A DNA stretch of 64,000 bases from contig JBHPNE010000003.1 in NCBI GenBank assembly GCA_042562855.1, positions 6,366 to 70,365 of the forward strand. Direction: 5' to 3'. Below, one piece after another: positions 35,749 through 46,375 of the stretch; position 1 is the first letter of the stretch, and every line of letters begins with the position of its first letter. The notes under the pieces were generated by a model that made no database searches, had not been told where the DNA came from, and saw only the letters and a program-made list of their open reading frames with translations. Made by a program: the position numbers and the translations under genes. The DNA is from Elusimicrobiota bacterium. GTDB taxonomy: Bacteria; Elusimicrobiota; Endomicrobiia; Endomicrobiales; JAPLKN01.

Positions 35749-35765
35749 AACTTTAGAGGGAAAAA

Positions 35766-36206
35766 ATGAATAATGAAAAGATTAAAAAATTTCTAGAAGG
35801 ATTCCAGGAAACAGATATTGAGGAATTGAAAATTGAGTCTAAGGGGCAGAAGATTTATTTCCGTAAAAGCGAAGTTCCGGCCGTAAATATTCAGACCGAT
35901 GCTTCAAAAGCAAAAGCCCAAGCAGAGATGAACAAGATCAAACCTGTTAAGGCTCCCATGGTTGGGACTTTTTATCATTCAAGATCTGCAGATCATCCTC
36001 CCTTCGTGGTCAACGGGGACAATATAAAACCGGGCCAGAAAATCGGAATAATTGAAACAATGAAAATAATTAAGGATGTAACATCAAGTTTAGAAGGAAA
36101 AATTGTCCAGGTTTCTGTTAAGGACGGGCAATCCGTTGAATACGGCCAGGAGCTTTTTCTTGTAGATACAAGCATAAGCAAAAAAGAACAAAATGGGAAA
36201 AAATAA
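35766..36206 (+). CDS. accB: acetyl-CoA carboxylase biotin carboxyl carrier protein
   Basis: 146 aa. Biotinyl domain with IGIIETMKIIKDV (biotin lysine in the (E/A)MK context). Confidence 0.92.
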   Translation: MNNEKIKKFLEGFQETDIEELKIESKGQKIYFRKSEVPAVNIQTDASKAKAQAEMNKIKPVKAPMVGTFYHSRSADHPPFVVNGDNIKPGQKIGIIETMKIIKDVTSSLEGKIVQVSVKDGQSVEYGQELFLVDTSISKKEQNGKK

Positions 36207-36230
36207 GTTTAAATCAGGAGAAAATGAATA

Positions 36231-37580
36231 ATGTTTAAGAAAATACTTATAGCAAACAGAGGTGAGATTGCCTGCCGTGTAATTCGCGCATGCAGTGAGC
36301 TTGGCATTCAAACGGTTGCAGTACATTCAGAAACAGACAGGGAAAGCCTTCATGTACTGATGGCTGATGAATCAATTTGTATTGGCCCTGCCGCCGCATC
36401 TGAAAGCTATCTTAATATACCAAGCATAATCTCTGCGGCTGAAATTTCCGGCGCAGATGCAATACATCCAGGCTACGGCTTTTTGGCAGAGAATACATAT
36501 TTTGCAGATGTCTGCGAATCCTGCGGGATCAGATTTATCGGCCCCCACAAAGACTCGATCAACAAAATGGGCGATAAAATATCGGCTTTAGAAATTATGA
36601 GAAAAGCCGGTGTTCCAATTGTGCCGGGCTCAAACGGCCCCGTAGATCCGCAAGATCCGGAGCTGTTTAAGCTTGCAAAAAAAATAGGATATCCCATTAT
36701 GGTCAAAGCTACAGCGGGCGGCGGCGGAAAAGGAATGCGCGTGGTTATGTCTGAGGAAACGTTGAAGAATGCAATTTCTATGGCTCAGGCAGAATCGAAA
36801 GCAGCATTCGGAAATGATTCGGTATATATGGAAAAGTTTATTGAAGAGCCGAGACATGTCGAGTTTCAGATTCTCGGAGACCAGAAAGGCAAAGTTGTTT
36901 ATTTGCCCGAAAGAGACTGTTCTATTCAGCGGCGTCACCAAAAGTTGGTTGAGGAAAGCCCCTCTCCTTTTTTAGATTCGACTTTACGCAGGAAAATGGG
37001 AAAAGCTGCAAAAGCTGCGGCTGAGGCCGTAAATTATGTAACGGTGGGTACGGTGGAATTTTTAGTGGATAAAAAAGGGCATTTTTATTTTATGGAAATG
37101 AATACAAGAATCCAGGTTGAACATCCCGTAACCGAGGTTATTTCGGGGATCGACTTGGTGAAAGAGCAGATAAAACTTGCTGCGGGTGAACTTCTGACAT
37201 TTGATTCCGATGATATCCATATCAACAGCCACGCAATTGAATGCAGAATTAATGCCGAAGATGCGGAAAAGGATTTTATTCCGTCACCGGGGAAAATTAC
37301 AAAAGCTATAATGTCCGGCGGCCCCGGGATAAGGGTAGACACGCATGTTTATTCCGGTTACACAATTCCGCCTTTTTATGACAGCCTGATTGCAAAAATA
37401 ATTGCTTCAGGCAAAGACCGTAATGAGGCTATAATCCGTATGCAGAGAGCTTTGAAAGAAACCGTTATTGAAGGCATAAAGACAACTATTCCTATTCATA
37501 AAAAAATAATGGACAGCGATAAATTTAAAAAGGGCGATGTTACCACAGATTTCTTGCCTAAACATATTTTCGGGAGCTAA
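36231..37580 (+). CDS. accC: acetyl-CoA carboxylase biotin carboxylase subunit
   Basis: 449 aa. [35 protein letters not shown] and [14 protein letters not shown]. Confidence 0.97.
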   Translation: MFKKILIANRGEIACRVIRACSELGIQTVAVHSETDRESLHVLMADESICIGPAAASESYLNIPSIISAAEISGADAIHPGYGFLAENTYFADVCESCGIRFIGPHKDSINKMGDKISALEIMRKAGVPIVPGSNGPVDPQDPELFKLAKKIGYPIMVKATAGGGGKGMRVVMSEETLKNAISMAQAESKAAFGNDSVYMEKFIEEPRHVEFQILGDQKGKVVYLPERDCSIQRRHQKLVEESPSPFLDSTLRRKMGKAAKAAAEAVNYVTVGTVEFLVDKKGHFYFMEMNTRIQVEHPVTEVISGIDLVKEQIKLAAGELLTFDSDDIHINSHAIECRINAEDAEKDFIPSPGKITKAIMSGGPGIRVDTHVYSGYTIPPFYDSLIAKIIASGKDRNEAIIRMQRALKETVIEGIKTTIPIHKKIMDSDKFKKGDVTTDFLPKHIFGS

Positions 37581-37582
37581 AG

Positions 37583-38173
37583 ATGGGCGAAATAGTCCAA
37601 AAAGAAATAAAAAGTTTAATTGAAGAGCATATAAAAGTGAGCGAAAAGCTTCTCGACGAAAAAACTCTTTTGCTCATAGAAGATATTGCTGACATCATGG
37701 TGGACACATACAAGAACGGAAATAAAGTAATAGTCTTCGGTAATGGCGGTTCCGCTGCTGATGCACAGCACTTTGTTGCCGAGCTGGTATGCCGTTTCGA
37801 GAAAAACAGATCTGCTTTGCCGGCAATAGCTTTGACAACGAATACTTCGACTCTTACTGCAATAGGCAATGATTTTAGTTTTGATGATGTATTCAGCAGG
37901 CAAATCGCGGCATTTGCTAAAGAAAATGATTTAGTCATAGGTATTTCAACAAGCGGAAATTCTCCAAATGTTTTAAAGGCTATTGATGAAGCCAACCTCC
38001 TTAAAGCAAGGACAATTGGCTTTTCCGGAGAAAAAGGCGCTAAGCTAAAAGATAAAGTGGATAAATGCTTTTGCGCGCCGTCTACGGCTACTGGCAGAAT
38101 ACAGGAATGCCATATCCTTGTTATTCATATATTGTGCCGTTTGGTGGAAAATGCACTCTTTGCGGAAAAGTAA
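37583..38173 (+). CDS. gmhA: D-sedoheptulose-7-phosphate isomerase (SIS domain)
   Basis: 196 aa. VFGNGGSAADAQHFVAELVCRF...ALTTNTSTLTAIGNDFSFDDVFSRQ...ISTSGNSPNV. Confidence 0.9.
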   Translation: MGEIVQKEIKSLIEEHIKVSEKLLDEKTLLLIEDIADIMVDTYKNGNKVIVFGNGGSAADAQHFVAELVCRFEKNRSALPAIALTTNTSTLTAIGNDFSFDDVFSRQIAAFAKENDLVIGISTSGNSPNVLKAIDEANLLKARTIGFSGEKGAKLKDKVDKCFCAPSTATGRIQECHILVIHILCRLVENALFAEK

Positions 38174-38175
38174 AT

Positions 38176-38661
38176 ATGAAACCAGCAAAATTTCCTCATA
38201 AGGTATATACACGTAAGCCACTCCGCAAGATACTGCAGAGACTAAAAAAACAACGGAAGAAAATAGTTTTTACGAACGGCTGTTTTGATTTGCTGCATAT
38301 TGGACACATAAAGCTTTTTCAAAAAGCAAAAACTTATGGAAATGTATTGGTTATTGGTTTAAATTCGGATAAATCTATAAAAAGAATAAAAGGTTCAAAG
38401 AGGCCTTTGGTTACCGAATCCAAACGAGCGCAGGTTTTAGCGGCTTTAGAATGTGTTGATTATGTTGTGAGCTTCAATGAGGATACACCCAAGGAGCTTC
38501 TTAACGAATTAAAACCGGACATACTTGTTAAGGGCGGAGATTATAAGAGCCATGAAATAATAGGAAGAGATTCAGTAAAAAAGGTGGTAAGATTTCCGTT
38601 TATTAAAGGCAGTTCCACGACAAGTCTGATTAAAACAATTGTGAATAAATACAGTAGTTAA
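38176..38661 (+). CDS. D-glycero-beta-D-manno-heptose-1-phosphate adenylyltransferase (RfaE/HldE domain II only)
   Basis: Cytidylyltransferase motif FTNGCFDLLHIGHIKLF. The ATG at 38176 lies 2 nt after the gmhA stop. The ORF-track 38065 extension overlaps gmhA and is rejected. Confidence 0.85.
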   Translation: MKPAKFPHKVYTRKPLRKILQRLKKQRKKIVFTNGCFDLLHIGHIKLFQKAKTYGNVLVIGLNSDKSIKRIKGSKRPLVTESKRAQVLAALECVDYVVSFNEDTPKELLNELKPDILVKGGDYKSHEIIGRDSVKKVVRFPFIKGSSTTSLIKTIVNKYSS

Positions 38662-38662
38662 A

Positions 38663-39067
38663 ATGACAAAAAAAGAGTTAAAAAGATATTTCAGGATTTT
38701 TGATGCGAATCTCAATAGATGCAGAGAAGGTTTGAGGGTAATAGAAGACAGCGCAAGATTTGTTTTGGCGAAAAATTCGATATATAAAAGTGCCAGAAAT
38801 CTTAGACATAAGCTCGATTCGGTTACTCGGGATATTTATCCGGAGCTTTTAAAACAAAGGGATTCTGTAGCCGACTCAGGCCGCAAAATTAAAGAAGGAA
38901 AAAGAAATAATTTGGAAGCCGTTCTAGCAGCAAATTTTAGACGTGCGGAAGAATCTTTGAGAGTGTTGGAAGAATATAGCCGTATTGTAAAGCCTCAAGC
39001 GGGCCGAGAGATAAAAAATTTAAGATTTGCTGTTTATACGATTGAGAAAAAATTGTTACAGAAATAA
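38663..39067 (+). CDS. ThiD2-like domain protein (normally the N-terminal extension of long ThiE proteins)
   Basis: 134 aa. FRIFDANLNRCREGLRVIEDSARFVL... resembles the N-terminal region fused to thiamine-phosphate synthase in several anaerobes. Lies immediately upstream of thiE. Confidence 0.6.
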   Translation: MTKKELKRYFRIFDANLNRCREGLRVIEDSARFVLAKNSIYKSARNLRHKLDSVTRDIYPELLKQRDSVADSGRKIKEGKRNNLEAVLAANFRRAEESLRVLEEYSRIVKPQAGREIKNLRFAVYTIEKKLLQK

Positions 39068-39069
39068 TA

Positions 39070-39675
39070 ATGCCGAATTTGAAACTTTACTGTATTACAT
39101 ATGAAAAATCTGACGTTGCGTATGATAAGCAGGTTAAACAGGCATGTTTGGGCGGAGCTGATATAATCCAGTTTCGCTGGGGAAACCTTAAAGATAAAAG
39201 AGTTGTCGAGATCGGAAAAAAGATAAAGGATATTTGTAAAAGATTTAAAGTTCCTTTCATATTGAATAATAGAGCAGACTTGGCGAGCATCATTAATGCC
39301 GATGGAGTCCACCTGGGGCAGAATGATTTGTCCGTAAAGCAGGCAAGAGAAATACTCGGCAATAAAAAAGTAATCGGAGTTTCAGCATCAACGGTTAGTG
39401 CTGCTATTAAAGCGCAAAAAGACAGCGCCGATTATATTGGAGTAGGTGCAATCTATTCCACACCGATTAAACGCAATAAAAGCCCTCAAGGAACAGGCAT
39501 TCTGCCTAAGGTAAAAAAAGCTGTCAAAATTCCTGTTTTTGCGATTGGCGGAATTAATGCAGAAAATGTTTCTTGCGTAAGAGAAGGCGGAGTAGATGGT
39601 GTTGCTGTTATACGTTCGGTCTGCGGCTCAAAAAATATTGTTTCAGCGGCAAAAAAAATAAAACAAAAACTATGA
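39070..39675 (+). CDS. thiE: thiamine-phosphate synthase
   Basis: 201 aa. GGADIIQFR...DGVHLGQNDL...GVSAST...ADYIGVGAIYSTPIK...AIGGI. Confidence 0.92.
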   Translation: MPNLKLYCITYEKSDVAYDKQVKQACLGGADIIQFRWGNLKDKRVVEIGKKIKDICKRFKVPFILNNRADLASIINADGVHLGQNDLSVKQAREILGNKKVIGVSASTVSAAIKAQKDSADYIGVGAIYSTPIKRNKSPQGTGILPKVKKAVKIPVFAIGGINAENVSCVREGGVDGVAVIRSVCGSKNIVSAAKKIKQKL

Positions 39676-40934
39676 ATATAATTGATGTAGCAAAGAGCAA
39701 GAAAAATATTGGTGAGCTGGTGGCCATAGCCGAAAAAGAGAAAATATCTTTGGAAGTTCTCTATAACGGTATTGTTTCAGGGCATATTGCTGTGCCAAAA
39801 AATAAAAACCGCAATCTTAAAGAATGGGTAGCAATTGGCGAAGGTTTAAGGACAAAAGTAAATGCGAATATCGGAACTTCTCCCGATCATATATCCATTG
39901 ATGAAGAGATAGACAAGGTCGAAGCTTCTTTAAATGCGGGCGCAGATGCCGTAATGGATCTTTCGACTGGTGGAAATTTAAAAGAGATAAGAAAAATAAT
40001 CTTAAATAAATGTAGCGTTCCTGTCGGCACTGTTCCGATTTATCAGGTTGCATGCGAAACCGTTTCGAAGGGAAATAAAATTTCACAAATGTCGTCTTCT
40101 CATATGTTTGATGTTATTGAACAGCAGGCCGAGGAAGGCGTTGATTTTATGACAGTTCACTGCGGTGTGACGCAAGAAACGGTAAATGCTTTAGAAAGGC
40201 AGAAGAGATTAGTTGGCGTGGTAAGCCGCGGCGGATCTTTTTTAGTTAAATGGATAAATGCAAACAAAAAAGAAAATCCGTTGTATGAAAACTATGACAG
40301 ATTATTGGAAATAGCGAGAAAATATGAAGTTACTTTAAGTTTGGGCGATGGATTCAGACCCGGTTGCATGAGTGATGCTTCAGATGCTGCGCAGATTGCA
40401 GAATTGTCCGTTTTAGGCGAACTTGTTTTACGGGCAAGAGAAGCGGGGGTGCAGACAATAATTGAAGGGCCGGGGCATATGCCGCTTGATCAAATACAGT
40501 CCAATGTTCAGCTTGCAAAAAGATTAGGACACGGAGCCCCTCTATATTTTTTAGGACCGCTCGTCACAGATATTGCAGCCGGTTACGACCATATTACATC
40601 AGCTATCGGAGGTGCGGTTGCTGCATCCCATGGCGTTGATTTTTTGTGTTATGTAACATCAGCTGAACATTTGCGCCTGCCGGATGCAAAGGATGTTTAT
40701 GAGGGTGTAATTGCAAGTAAAATTGCAGCACATGCGGCCGATATCGTAAAAAATGTTTCCGGAGCAAGAGAATGGGATAATGAGTTTTCAAAATATAGAA
40801 AGGAAAGAAATTGGGTTAAACAGCAGAAGCTTGCATTAGACCCTGTAAAGTTTAAAAAAGAAAGAGAAAAAATGATGCCGCAAATAGAAGATGTGTGTGC
40901 TATGTGCGGAGAATTCTGTGCAATGAAGGACTGA
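39672..40934 (+). CDS. thiC: phosphomethylpyrimidine synthase ThiC (short form)
   Basis: The ATG overlaps the thiE stop (ATGA). Motifs MTVHCGV, IIEGPGHMPL and C-terminal CAMCGEFCAMK. The ORF-track 39573 extension is rejected. Confidence 0.95.
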   Translation: MNIIDVAKSKKNIGELVAIAEKEKISLEVLYNGIVSGHIAVPKNKNRNLKEWVAIGEGLRTKVNANIGTSPDHISIDEEIDKVEASLNAGADAVMDLSTGGNLKEIRKIILNKCSVPVGTVPIYQVACETVSKGNKISQMSSSHMFDVIEQQAEEGVDFMTVHCGVTQETVNALERQKRLVGVVSRGGSFLVKWINANKKENPLYENYDRLLEIARKYEVTLSLGDGFRPGCMSDASDAAQIAELSVLGELVLRAREAGVQTIIEGPGHMPLDQIQSNVQLAKRLGHGAPLYFLGPLVTDIAAGYDHITSAIGGAVAASHGVDFLCYVTSAEHLRLPDAKDVYEGVIASKIAAHAADIVKNVSGAREWDNEFSKYRKERNWVKQQKLALDPVKFKKEREKMMPQIEDVCAMCGEFCAMKD

Positions 40935-40941
40935 TAAATTT

Positions 40942-41883
40942 ATGCAGAAGAAATTTAAAGTAAGAGTACCTTCCACCAGCGCAAATCTTGGGCCTGGTTT
41001 TGATGTTTTGGGCGTAGCTTTAAAACTTTATAACGAAATAGAAGCAGTTTTTTTTAATAAAGAAATTTTAAATAATAAGAATTTCATTAGAATCCTTGGT
41101 GAAGGGGAGAATCTCCTTGCGACAAATGAAAAAAATATTGTCTGGCAGGCAATGAAGCAGACGTTCCGTGAAATTTACGGGCCCTCTTGGGAAAAAAAGT
41201 TTCCTTCTGAAAGATTTAGCATTTCAATGAAAAACGGAATTCCCATAGGTTCAGGGCTTGGTTCGAGTGCTGCGGCGTATTTGGGAGGAATTTTATTAGC
41301 CAATAAGATTGCGGGCAATAAGCTTTCGGTTTATGAAGTTATTTCGCTTGGTGCAAAACTGGAAGGGCATCCCGATAATATTGTGCCGGCATATTTCGGC
41401 GGTTTATGTGTATCTTTTTCTATTTCAAAAGGTATCAAATATTTACAGCTGAAAGCCCCGAAAATAAAGGCAGTAGTATGTACCCCGGATTTTAAACTTT
41501 CTACGGAAAAGGCGAGGAAAGTTTTGCCGAAGAATGTTCCTTTATCAAAGGCCGTGTTTAATGCAGAGCGGCTTGCAATGCTGATTTCTGCATTTGAAAC
41601 AAAAAAATATGAATATTTATCTCTGGCAATGCAGGATAAACTGCATCAGCCGTACAGAAAACATCTTATTCCAGGTATGAAGAAAGTTTTTCAGGCAGCT
41701 TTAAAAGCTGGGGCATATGGCGCCGCCTTATCAGGTGCCGGGCCGTCGATCATTGCTTTTACAAAGAAAAATAATTCCGGCAGAGTTTCAAAGAGTATGA
41801 GAAATGCCTGGAAAAATATTAAGATATCAAGCAGAAGTTTTATATTAGACTGTGATGTCGAAGGAGCAAAAATATGTCGTTAG
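40942..41883 (+). CDS. thrB: homoserine kinase
   Basis: 313 aa. VPSTSANLGPGFDVLG and the GHMP motif IPIGSGLGSSAA. Confidence 0.93.
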   Translation: MQKKFKVRVPSTSANLGPGFDVLGVALKLYNEIEAVFFNKEILNNKNFIRILGEGENLLATNEKNIVWQAMKQTFREIYGPSWEKKFPSERFSISMKNGIPIGSGLGSSAAAYLGGILLANKIAGNKLSVYEVISLGAKLEGHPDNIVPAYFGGLCVSFSISKGIKYLQLKAPKIKAVVCTPDFKLSTEKARKVLPKNVPLSKAVFNAERLAMLISAFETKKYEYLSLAMQDKLHQPYRKHLIPGMKKVFQAALKAGAYGAALSGAGPSIIAFTKKNNSGRVSKSMRNAWKNIKISSRSFILDCDVEGAKICR

Positions 41884-43112
41884 TTGTTATGAAATTTGGC
41901 GGATCATCAGTTGCTGATGCGGAAAAAATAAAAAACGTTGCATCACGCGTTGTTGAAAAAAGAAAGGCGGGAAACAAAGTCGTAGTTGTTGTTTCCGCTC
42001 CGGGTGATATGACGGACGATTTGATAGAAATGTGCGATAAAATAACTGATAGCCCTGATGATCGGGAAATGGACATGCTTCTTGCAACAGGAGAGCAGGT
42101 TTCTATCGCTTTGTTATCCATGGCTATAAAAGAATTGAATGAAGAGGCAATTTCTCTTACCGGCCCCCAAGCCGGAATATATGTTGATACGGCTCATACC
42201 AAAGCAAGAATAGTTGGAATTGTGCCGACAAAAATTCAAAAAGAGTTGTTGAGAAAAAAAATTGTTATTGTTGCAGGTTTTCAAGGAATAAATCCAAACC
42301 AGGATATTACTACCCTTGGACGCGGAGGCTCAGACTTGAGTGCCGTTGCCCTTGCTGCGGCATTAAAGGCAGACAGCTGTGAAATATACACTGATGTAGA
42401 TGGGGTATACACAACAGATCCTAGAGTCGTAAAAGATGCAAAAAAAATTAATTACATATCTTATGATGATATGCTCGAGATGGCAGGATCGGGCGCGCAG
42501 ATTATGCAGGCAAGAAGTGTTGAAGTCGGGAAAAAGTTCGGCGTAAACATACATGTGCGCTCGACTTTTTCAAAAGCTAACGGAACAATAATAACGGATG
42601 AGAAAAAAATAAAATCTTGGAGGAAGAAGATGGAAGAGGTTGTGGTGTCGGCAATAACATTTGATAGAAATCAAGTTAAAATGTCTGTAATAGATTTGCC
42701 AGATAGACCCGGTATCGCATCAAAAATATTCGGCGAGTTGGCAAAAAATGCGATTAATGTTGATATGATTATACAGTCCGCAGGCCAGGATGGTTATAAT
42801 GACATATCTTTCACCGTTCACCATTCGGATTTGAAAAAAACCCTGAGTGTTTTGGGGAAGGTAAATAAAACGCTTAAAGCAAAAGAAATTATATACGACG
42901 ATAAGGTTGCAAAAATCTCCATTGTCGGTGTAGGCATGAAAAGCCATGCAGGAGTCGCCGCGACAATGTTTGAAACGCTGGCTAAACAAAAAATTAATAT
43001 AGAAATGATATCAACAAGCGAAATTAAGGTTTCATGTATAATAAAGGTTGGTGAAATAAACAAAGCAGCACTCGCCCTGCATAAAGCATATGGGCTTGGT
43101 AAAAGAAAATGA
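41874..43112 (+). CDS. lysC: aspartate kinase with ACT domains
   Basis: 412 aa. VVMKFGGSSVAD, VVVVSAPGDMTDDL, TLGRGGSDLSA and two C-terminal ACT repeats. Confidence 0.95.
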   Translation: MSLVVMKFGGSSVADAEKIKNVASRVVEKRKAGNKVVVVVSAPGDMTDDLIEMCDKITDSPDDREMDMLLATGEQVSIALLSMAIKELNEEAISLTGPQAGIYVDTAHTKARIVGIVPTKIQKELLRKKIVIVAGFQGINPNQDITTLGRGGSDLSAVALAAALKADSCEIYTDVDGVYTTDPRVVKDAKKINYISYDDMLEMAGSGAQIMQARSVEVGKKFGVNIHVRSTFSKANGTIITDEKKIKSWRKKMEEVVVSAITFDRNQVKMSVIDLPDRPGIASKIFGELAKNAINVDMIIQSAGQDGYNDISFTVHHSDLKKTLSVLGKVNKTLKAKEIIYDDKVAKISIVGVGMKSHAGVAATMFETLAKQKINIEMISTSEIKVSCIIKVGEINKAALALHKAYGLGKRK

Positions 43113-44695
43113 AAAATAAAAAGATTGATTTATTGGACACAACTTTAAGAGACGGTTCCCAGAGTGCCGGCATTTCTCTTTCTGTTCAGGATAAAATAAA
43201 GATTGCTAAAGCACTGGATGATTTCGGTATAACCTATATTGAAGGAGGCTGGCCGGGGTCCAATCCCAAAGATGAATTATTCTTTAAAGAAGCTCAAAAA
43301 ATAAAATTTAAGAACTCTATGCTTGTTGCTTTTGGTTCTACCAGGCGCAAGGGAATAAAAGCAAGTGAGGATGGTAATATTCAGGCTTTGTTAAAATCTA
43401 AAGTCAAAGGGGTATGTCTTTTCGGAAAATCGTGGGATCTTCATGTAACGCAGGCTTTGAGAACAACCAATGAAGAAAATCTGGAAATGATTTCCGACAG
43501 CGTGTCATTCTTGAAGTCTAAGGGTATTAAAGTTATTTATGATGCAGAGCACTTTTTTGACGGATTTAAAAATAATAAAGATTATGCAATGGCTACATTA
43601 AAAGCGGCATCGGATGCCGGGGCAGTAAACTTGTGTTTGTGTGAGACTAATGGCGGAATGCTTCCTCATGAGGTTCAGCAGATTGTGCGTTATGTAAAAA
43701 AAGAAGTTCCGAACATTCCGTTGGGAATTCATGCTCATAATGATGCCGACTGTGCAGTAGGAAATTCAATTATAGCAGTAGAGGAAGGCGCAACGCTGGT
43801 TCAGGGAACAATGAATGGTTTAGGGGAAAGATGCGGTAATGCTGATCTTTGTTCAATAATTCCTGCACTGCAGTTAAGACTGGGATACAGATGTGTGTCT
43901 GATAAAAATATTTTAAAGCTCACTGAGCTTTCCAGATACTTTTATGAAATCGTAAATGTTATACCTCGTGATAATCAGCCTTATGTGGGATTGAATGCTT
44001 TTGCACATAAAGGCGGCATACATGTTTCCGCGGTCCAAAGAGAATCTAAAACTTATGAGCATATAAGGCCCCAGCAGGTAGGAAATGAGAGAAGAATTTT
44101 GGTCAGCGAGCTTTCGGGAAGAAGTAATATTTCATCGAAAGCAAATGAGCTGTCCCTTGATATTGAAAAGGACCCGAAAGCGGTAGCTAAAATAATCGAT
44201 ATCGTAAAAAGATTAGAACACGAAGGTTATCAGTTTGAAGATGCAAGCGGTTCATTTTCTCTTTTAACAAACAAGGCACTTGGCAAATATAAACCTTCTT
44301 TTGAATTGAAAGGTTTTAAAGTGAGCGTAGAAAAGGAAGAAAACGGCCATATGATATCTGAAGCAACGATAAAACTCAAAGTTGGGGATAAGGAAGAGCA
44401 TACAGTCGCCGAAGGTGACGGACCTGTAAATGCCTTGGACAACTCTTTAAGAAAAGCCTTGAAGAAGTTTTATCCTGAGATAAAGGAAGTTTCTTTGAGT
44501 GATTTTAAGGTAAGAGTAATAAACGCGGGCGCAAGCACTGCGGCAAAGGTGAGGGTGCTCGTGGAATCAAAAGATTCCAAATCTTCCTGGGGTACGATAG
44601 GCGTTTCAGAAAATATTATTGAAGCATCTTGGCAGGCACTTGCCGATGCATTAGAATATAAATTGATGAAAGATAAGATAAAAAGAAAAAAGTAG
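43109..44695 (+). CDS. cimA: (R)-citramalate synthase
   Basis: 528 aa. LLDTTLRDGSQSAGISLSVQDKIKIAKALDDFGITYIEGGWPGSNPKD plus a C-terminal LeuA-type regulatory domain. Length and N-terminus fit CimA better than LeuA. Confidence 0.8.
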   Translation: MKNKKIDLLDTTLRDGSQSAGISLSVQDKIKIAKALDDFGITYIEGGWPGSNPKDELFFKEAQKIKFKNSMLVAFGSTRRKGIKASEDGNIQALLKSKVKGVCLFGKSWDLHVTQALRTTNEENLEMISDSVSFLKSKGIKVIYDAEHFFDGFKNNKDYAMATLKAASDAGAVNLCLCETNGGMLPHEVQQIVRYVKKEVPNIPLGIHAHNDADCAVGNSIIAVEEGATLVQGTMNGLGERCGNADLCSIIPALQLRLGYRCVSDKNILKLTELSRYFYEIVNVIPRDNQPYVGLNAFAHKGGIHVSAVQRESKTYEHIRPQQVGNERRILVSELSGRSNISSKANELSLDIEKDPKAVAKIIDIVKRLEHEGYQFEDASGSFSLLTNKALGKYKPSFELKGFKVSVEKEENGHMISEATIKLKVGDKEEHTVAEGDGPVNALDNSLRKALKKFYPEIKEVSLSDFKVRVINAGASTAAKVRVLVESKDSKSSWGTIGVSENIIEASWQALADALEYKLMKDKIKRKK

Positions 44696-44704
44696 GAGGA
44701 CATT

Positions 44705-46354
44705 ATGCGCAGCAACGATATTAAAAAAGGAGCAGTTCGCGCACCGAACCGTTGTTTGGTTTATGCCACAGGAATCAGCGACAAGGATATAAATAAACCT
44801 TTCATAGGTATAGCATCGTCATTTACGGATCTTGTGCCAGGCCACATTGGCATGAGGGATCTTGAGCGTTATGCTGAACGCGGAATAGCTGCAGGAGGCG
44901 GAGTGCCTTTTATTTTCGGCGTTCCTGCTATTTGCGATGGTATTGCCATGGGCCATTCCGGCATGAATTATTCTCTCCCATCACGTGAGCTTATCGCTGA
45001 TGTTGTTGAATCGGTTGCAAATGCGCATAAGTTAGACGGACTTATTCTTCTCACCAACTGCGATAAAATTACTCCTGGTATGCTTATGGCGGCAGCAAGG
45101 TTAAATATTCCTTCAATTATTGTTACAGCAGGCCCGATGATGACAGGATATTTTCAGAATAAAAGGCGTTCATTGGTTAGAGACACCTTTGAAGCTGTTG
45201 GACAATTTCAGGCAGGAAAAATTGAGGAAGAGGAATTAACCCAGCTTGAAATGGCTGCATGCCCCGGCGTCGGATCTTGCCAAGGTCTTTATACCGCAAA
45301 CACAATGGCATGCTTAACGGAAACTTTGGGTATGTCTATGTCCGGCTGCGGAACGGCTTTGGCTGTGTCTGCTAAAAAAAGACGCATTGCATATGAGTCC
45401 GGAATAAAAGTTGTTGATTTAATAAAAAAACATATTACTCCCCGTTCTATCATGACAGACAAAGCATTTAAGAATGCAATCGTTGTGGATATGGCATTGG
45501 GGGGCTCAACAAATACAATTCTGCATTTGCCTGCTATTGCACATGAAGCAGGAGTAGAACTGCCTTTAGAATTGTTTGACAAGATTTCTAAAGAAGTACC
45601 GCATATAGCATCCCTTGAGCCGGCTGGTGACCACTACATGGAAGATTTGGAAAACGCGGGCGGTATCCCTGCGGTTTTATCGGCTCTGAAAAGCAAAATA
45701 TCTCCCAGCATGACGGTAAGCGGAAAAAATATTTCCGAGATTGCAAAGGAAAGCGAAGTTTTGGATACAGAAGTTATAAAAGTGAAAAATCCTTATCATA
45801 AGGAAGGCGGTATAGCAATATTAAAAGGTAACATTGCGCCGAACGGCTGCGTTGTTAAACAAGCAGCAGTCAGCGATAAAGTGAAAGTTTTTTCCGGACG
45901 CGCAAAAGTGTTTGATTCGGAAGAAGAAGCAATGAGCGCTATTGTTGCTAAAAAGATTAAAAAAGGCGATGTTTTAGTAATTCGCTATGAGGGGCCTAAA
46001 GGCGGGCCCGGTATGAGAGAAATGCTTAGTCCTACAAGCGCAATTCAGGGAATGGGTCTTGCAAATTCCGTGGCTCTTATTACGGACGGCAGATTTTCAG
46101 GCGGAACAAGAGGTCCGTGTATAGGACATGTATCGCCTGAGGCTGCAAGCGGCGGCCCAATAGCTGCTATTAAAGACGGCGATATAATACATATTGATAT
46201 AGCAAAAAGACAAATAAACGTGAGGCTTACCGATACTGATATAAAGGTGAGACTTGCAAAGTGGAAACAGCCGACAAATAAATTTAAGAAAGGCTATTTA
46301 AGCAGATATGCAAGGATGGTTAGTTCAGCGGATGAAGGAGCGGTATTAAAATAA
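44705..46354 (+). CDS. ilvD: dihydroxy-acid dehydratase
   Basis: 549 aa. [30 protein letters not shown] and [16 protein letters not shown]. Confidence 0.97.
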   Translation: MRSNDIKKGAVRAPNRCLVYATGISDKDINKPFIGIASSFTDLVPGHIGMRDLERYAERGIAAGGGVPFIFGVPAICDGIAMGHSGMNYSLPSRELIADVVESVANAHKLDGLILLTNCDKITPGMLMAAARLNIPSIIVTAGPMMTGYFQNKRRSLVRDTFEAVGQFQAGKIEEEELTQLEMAACPGVGSCQGLYTANTMACLTETLGMSMSGCGTALAVSAKKRRIAYESGIKVVDLIKKHITPRSIMTDKAFKNAIVVDMALGGSTNTILHLPAIAHEAGVELPLELFDKISKEVPHIASLEPAGDHYMEDLENAGGIPAVLSALKSKISPSMTVSGKNISEIAKESEVLDTEVIKVKNPYHKEGGIAILKGNIAPNGCVVKQAAVSDKVKVFSGRAKVFDSEEEAMSAIVAKKIKKGDVLVIRYEGPKGGPGMREMLSPTSAIQGMGLANSVALITDGRFSGGTRGPCIGHVSPEAASGGPIAAIKDGDIIHIDIAKRQINVRLTDTDIKVRLAKWKQPTNKFKKGYLSRYARMVSSADEGAVLK

Positions 46355-46375
46355 TTGTAACTTGGCGGAGTGTAT

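Noticed and set aside
38065-38175. N-terminal ORF-track extensions. These are 38065 for the adenylyltransferase, 39573 for thiC, 53398 for the receiver, 26382 for aspC, 26388 for rplU and 33684 for aroQ.
   Set aside because: In each case the extension overlaps the preceding gene or a promoter. A canonical family N-terminus begins at an internal ATG with a better RBS or start/stop coupling.
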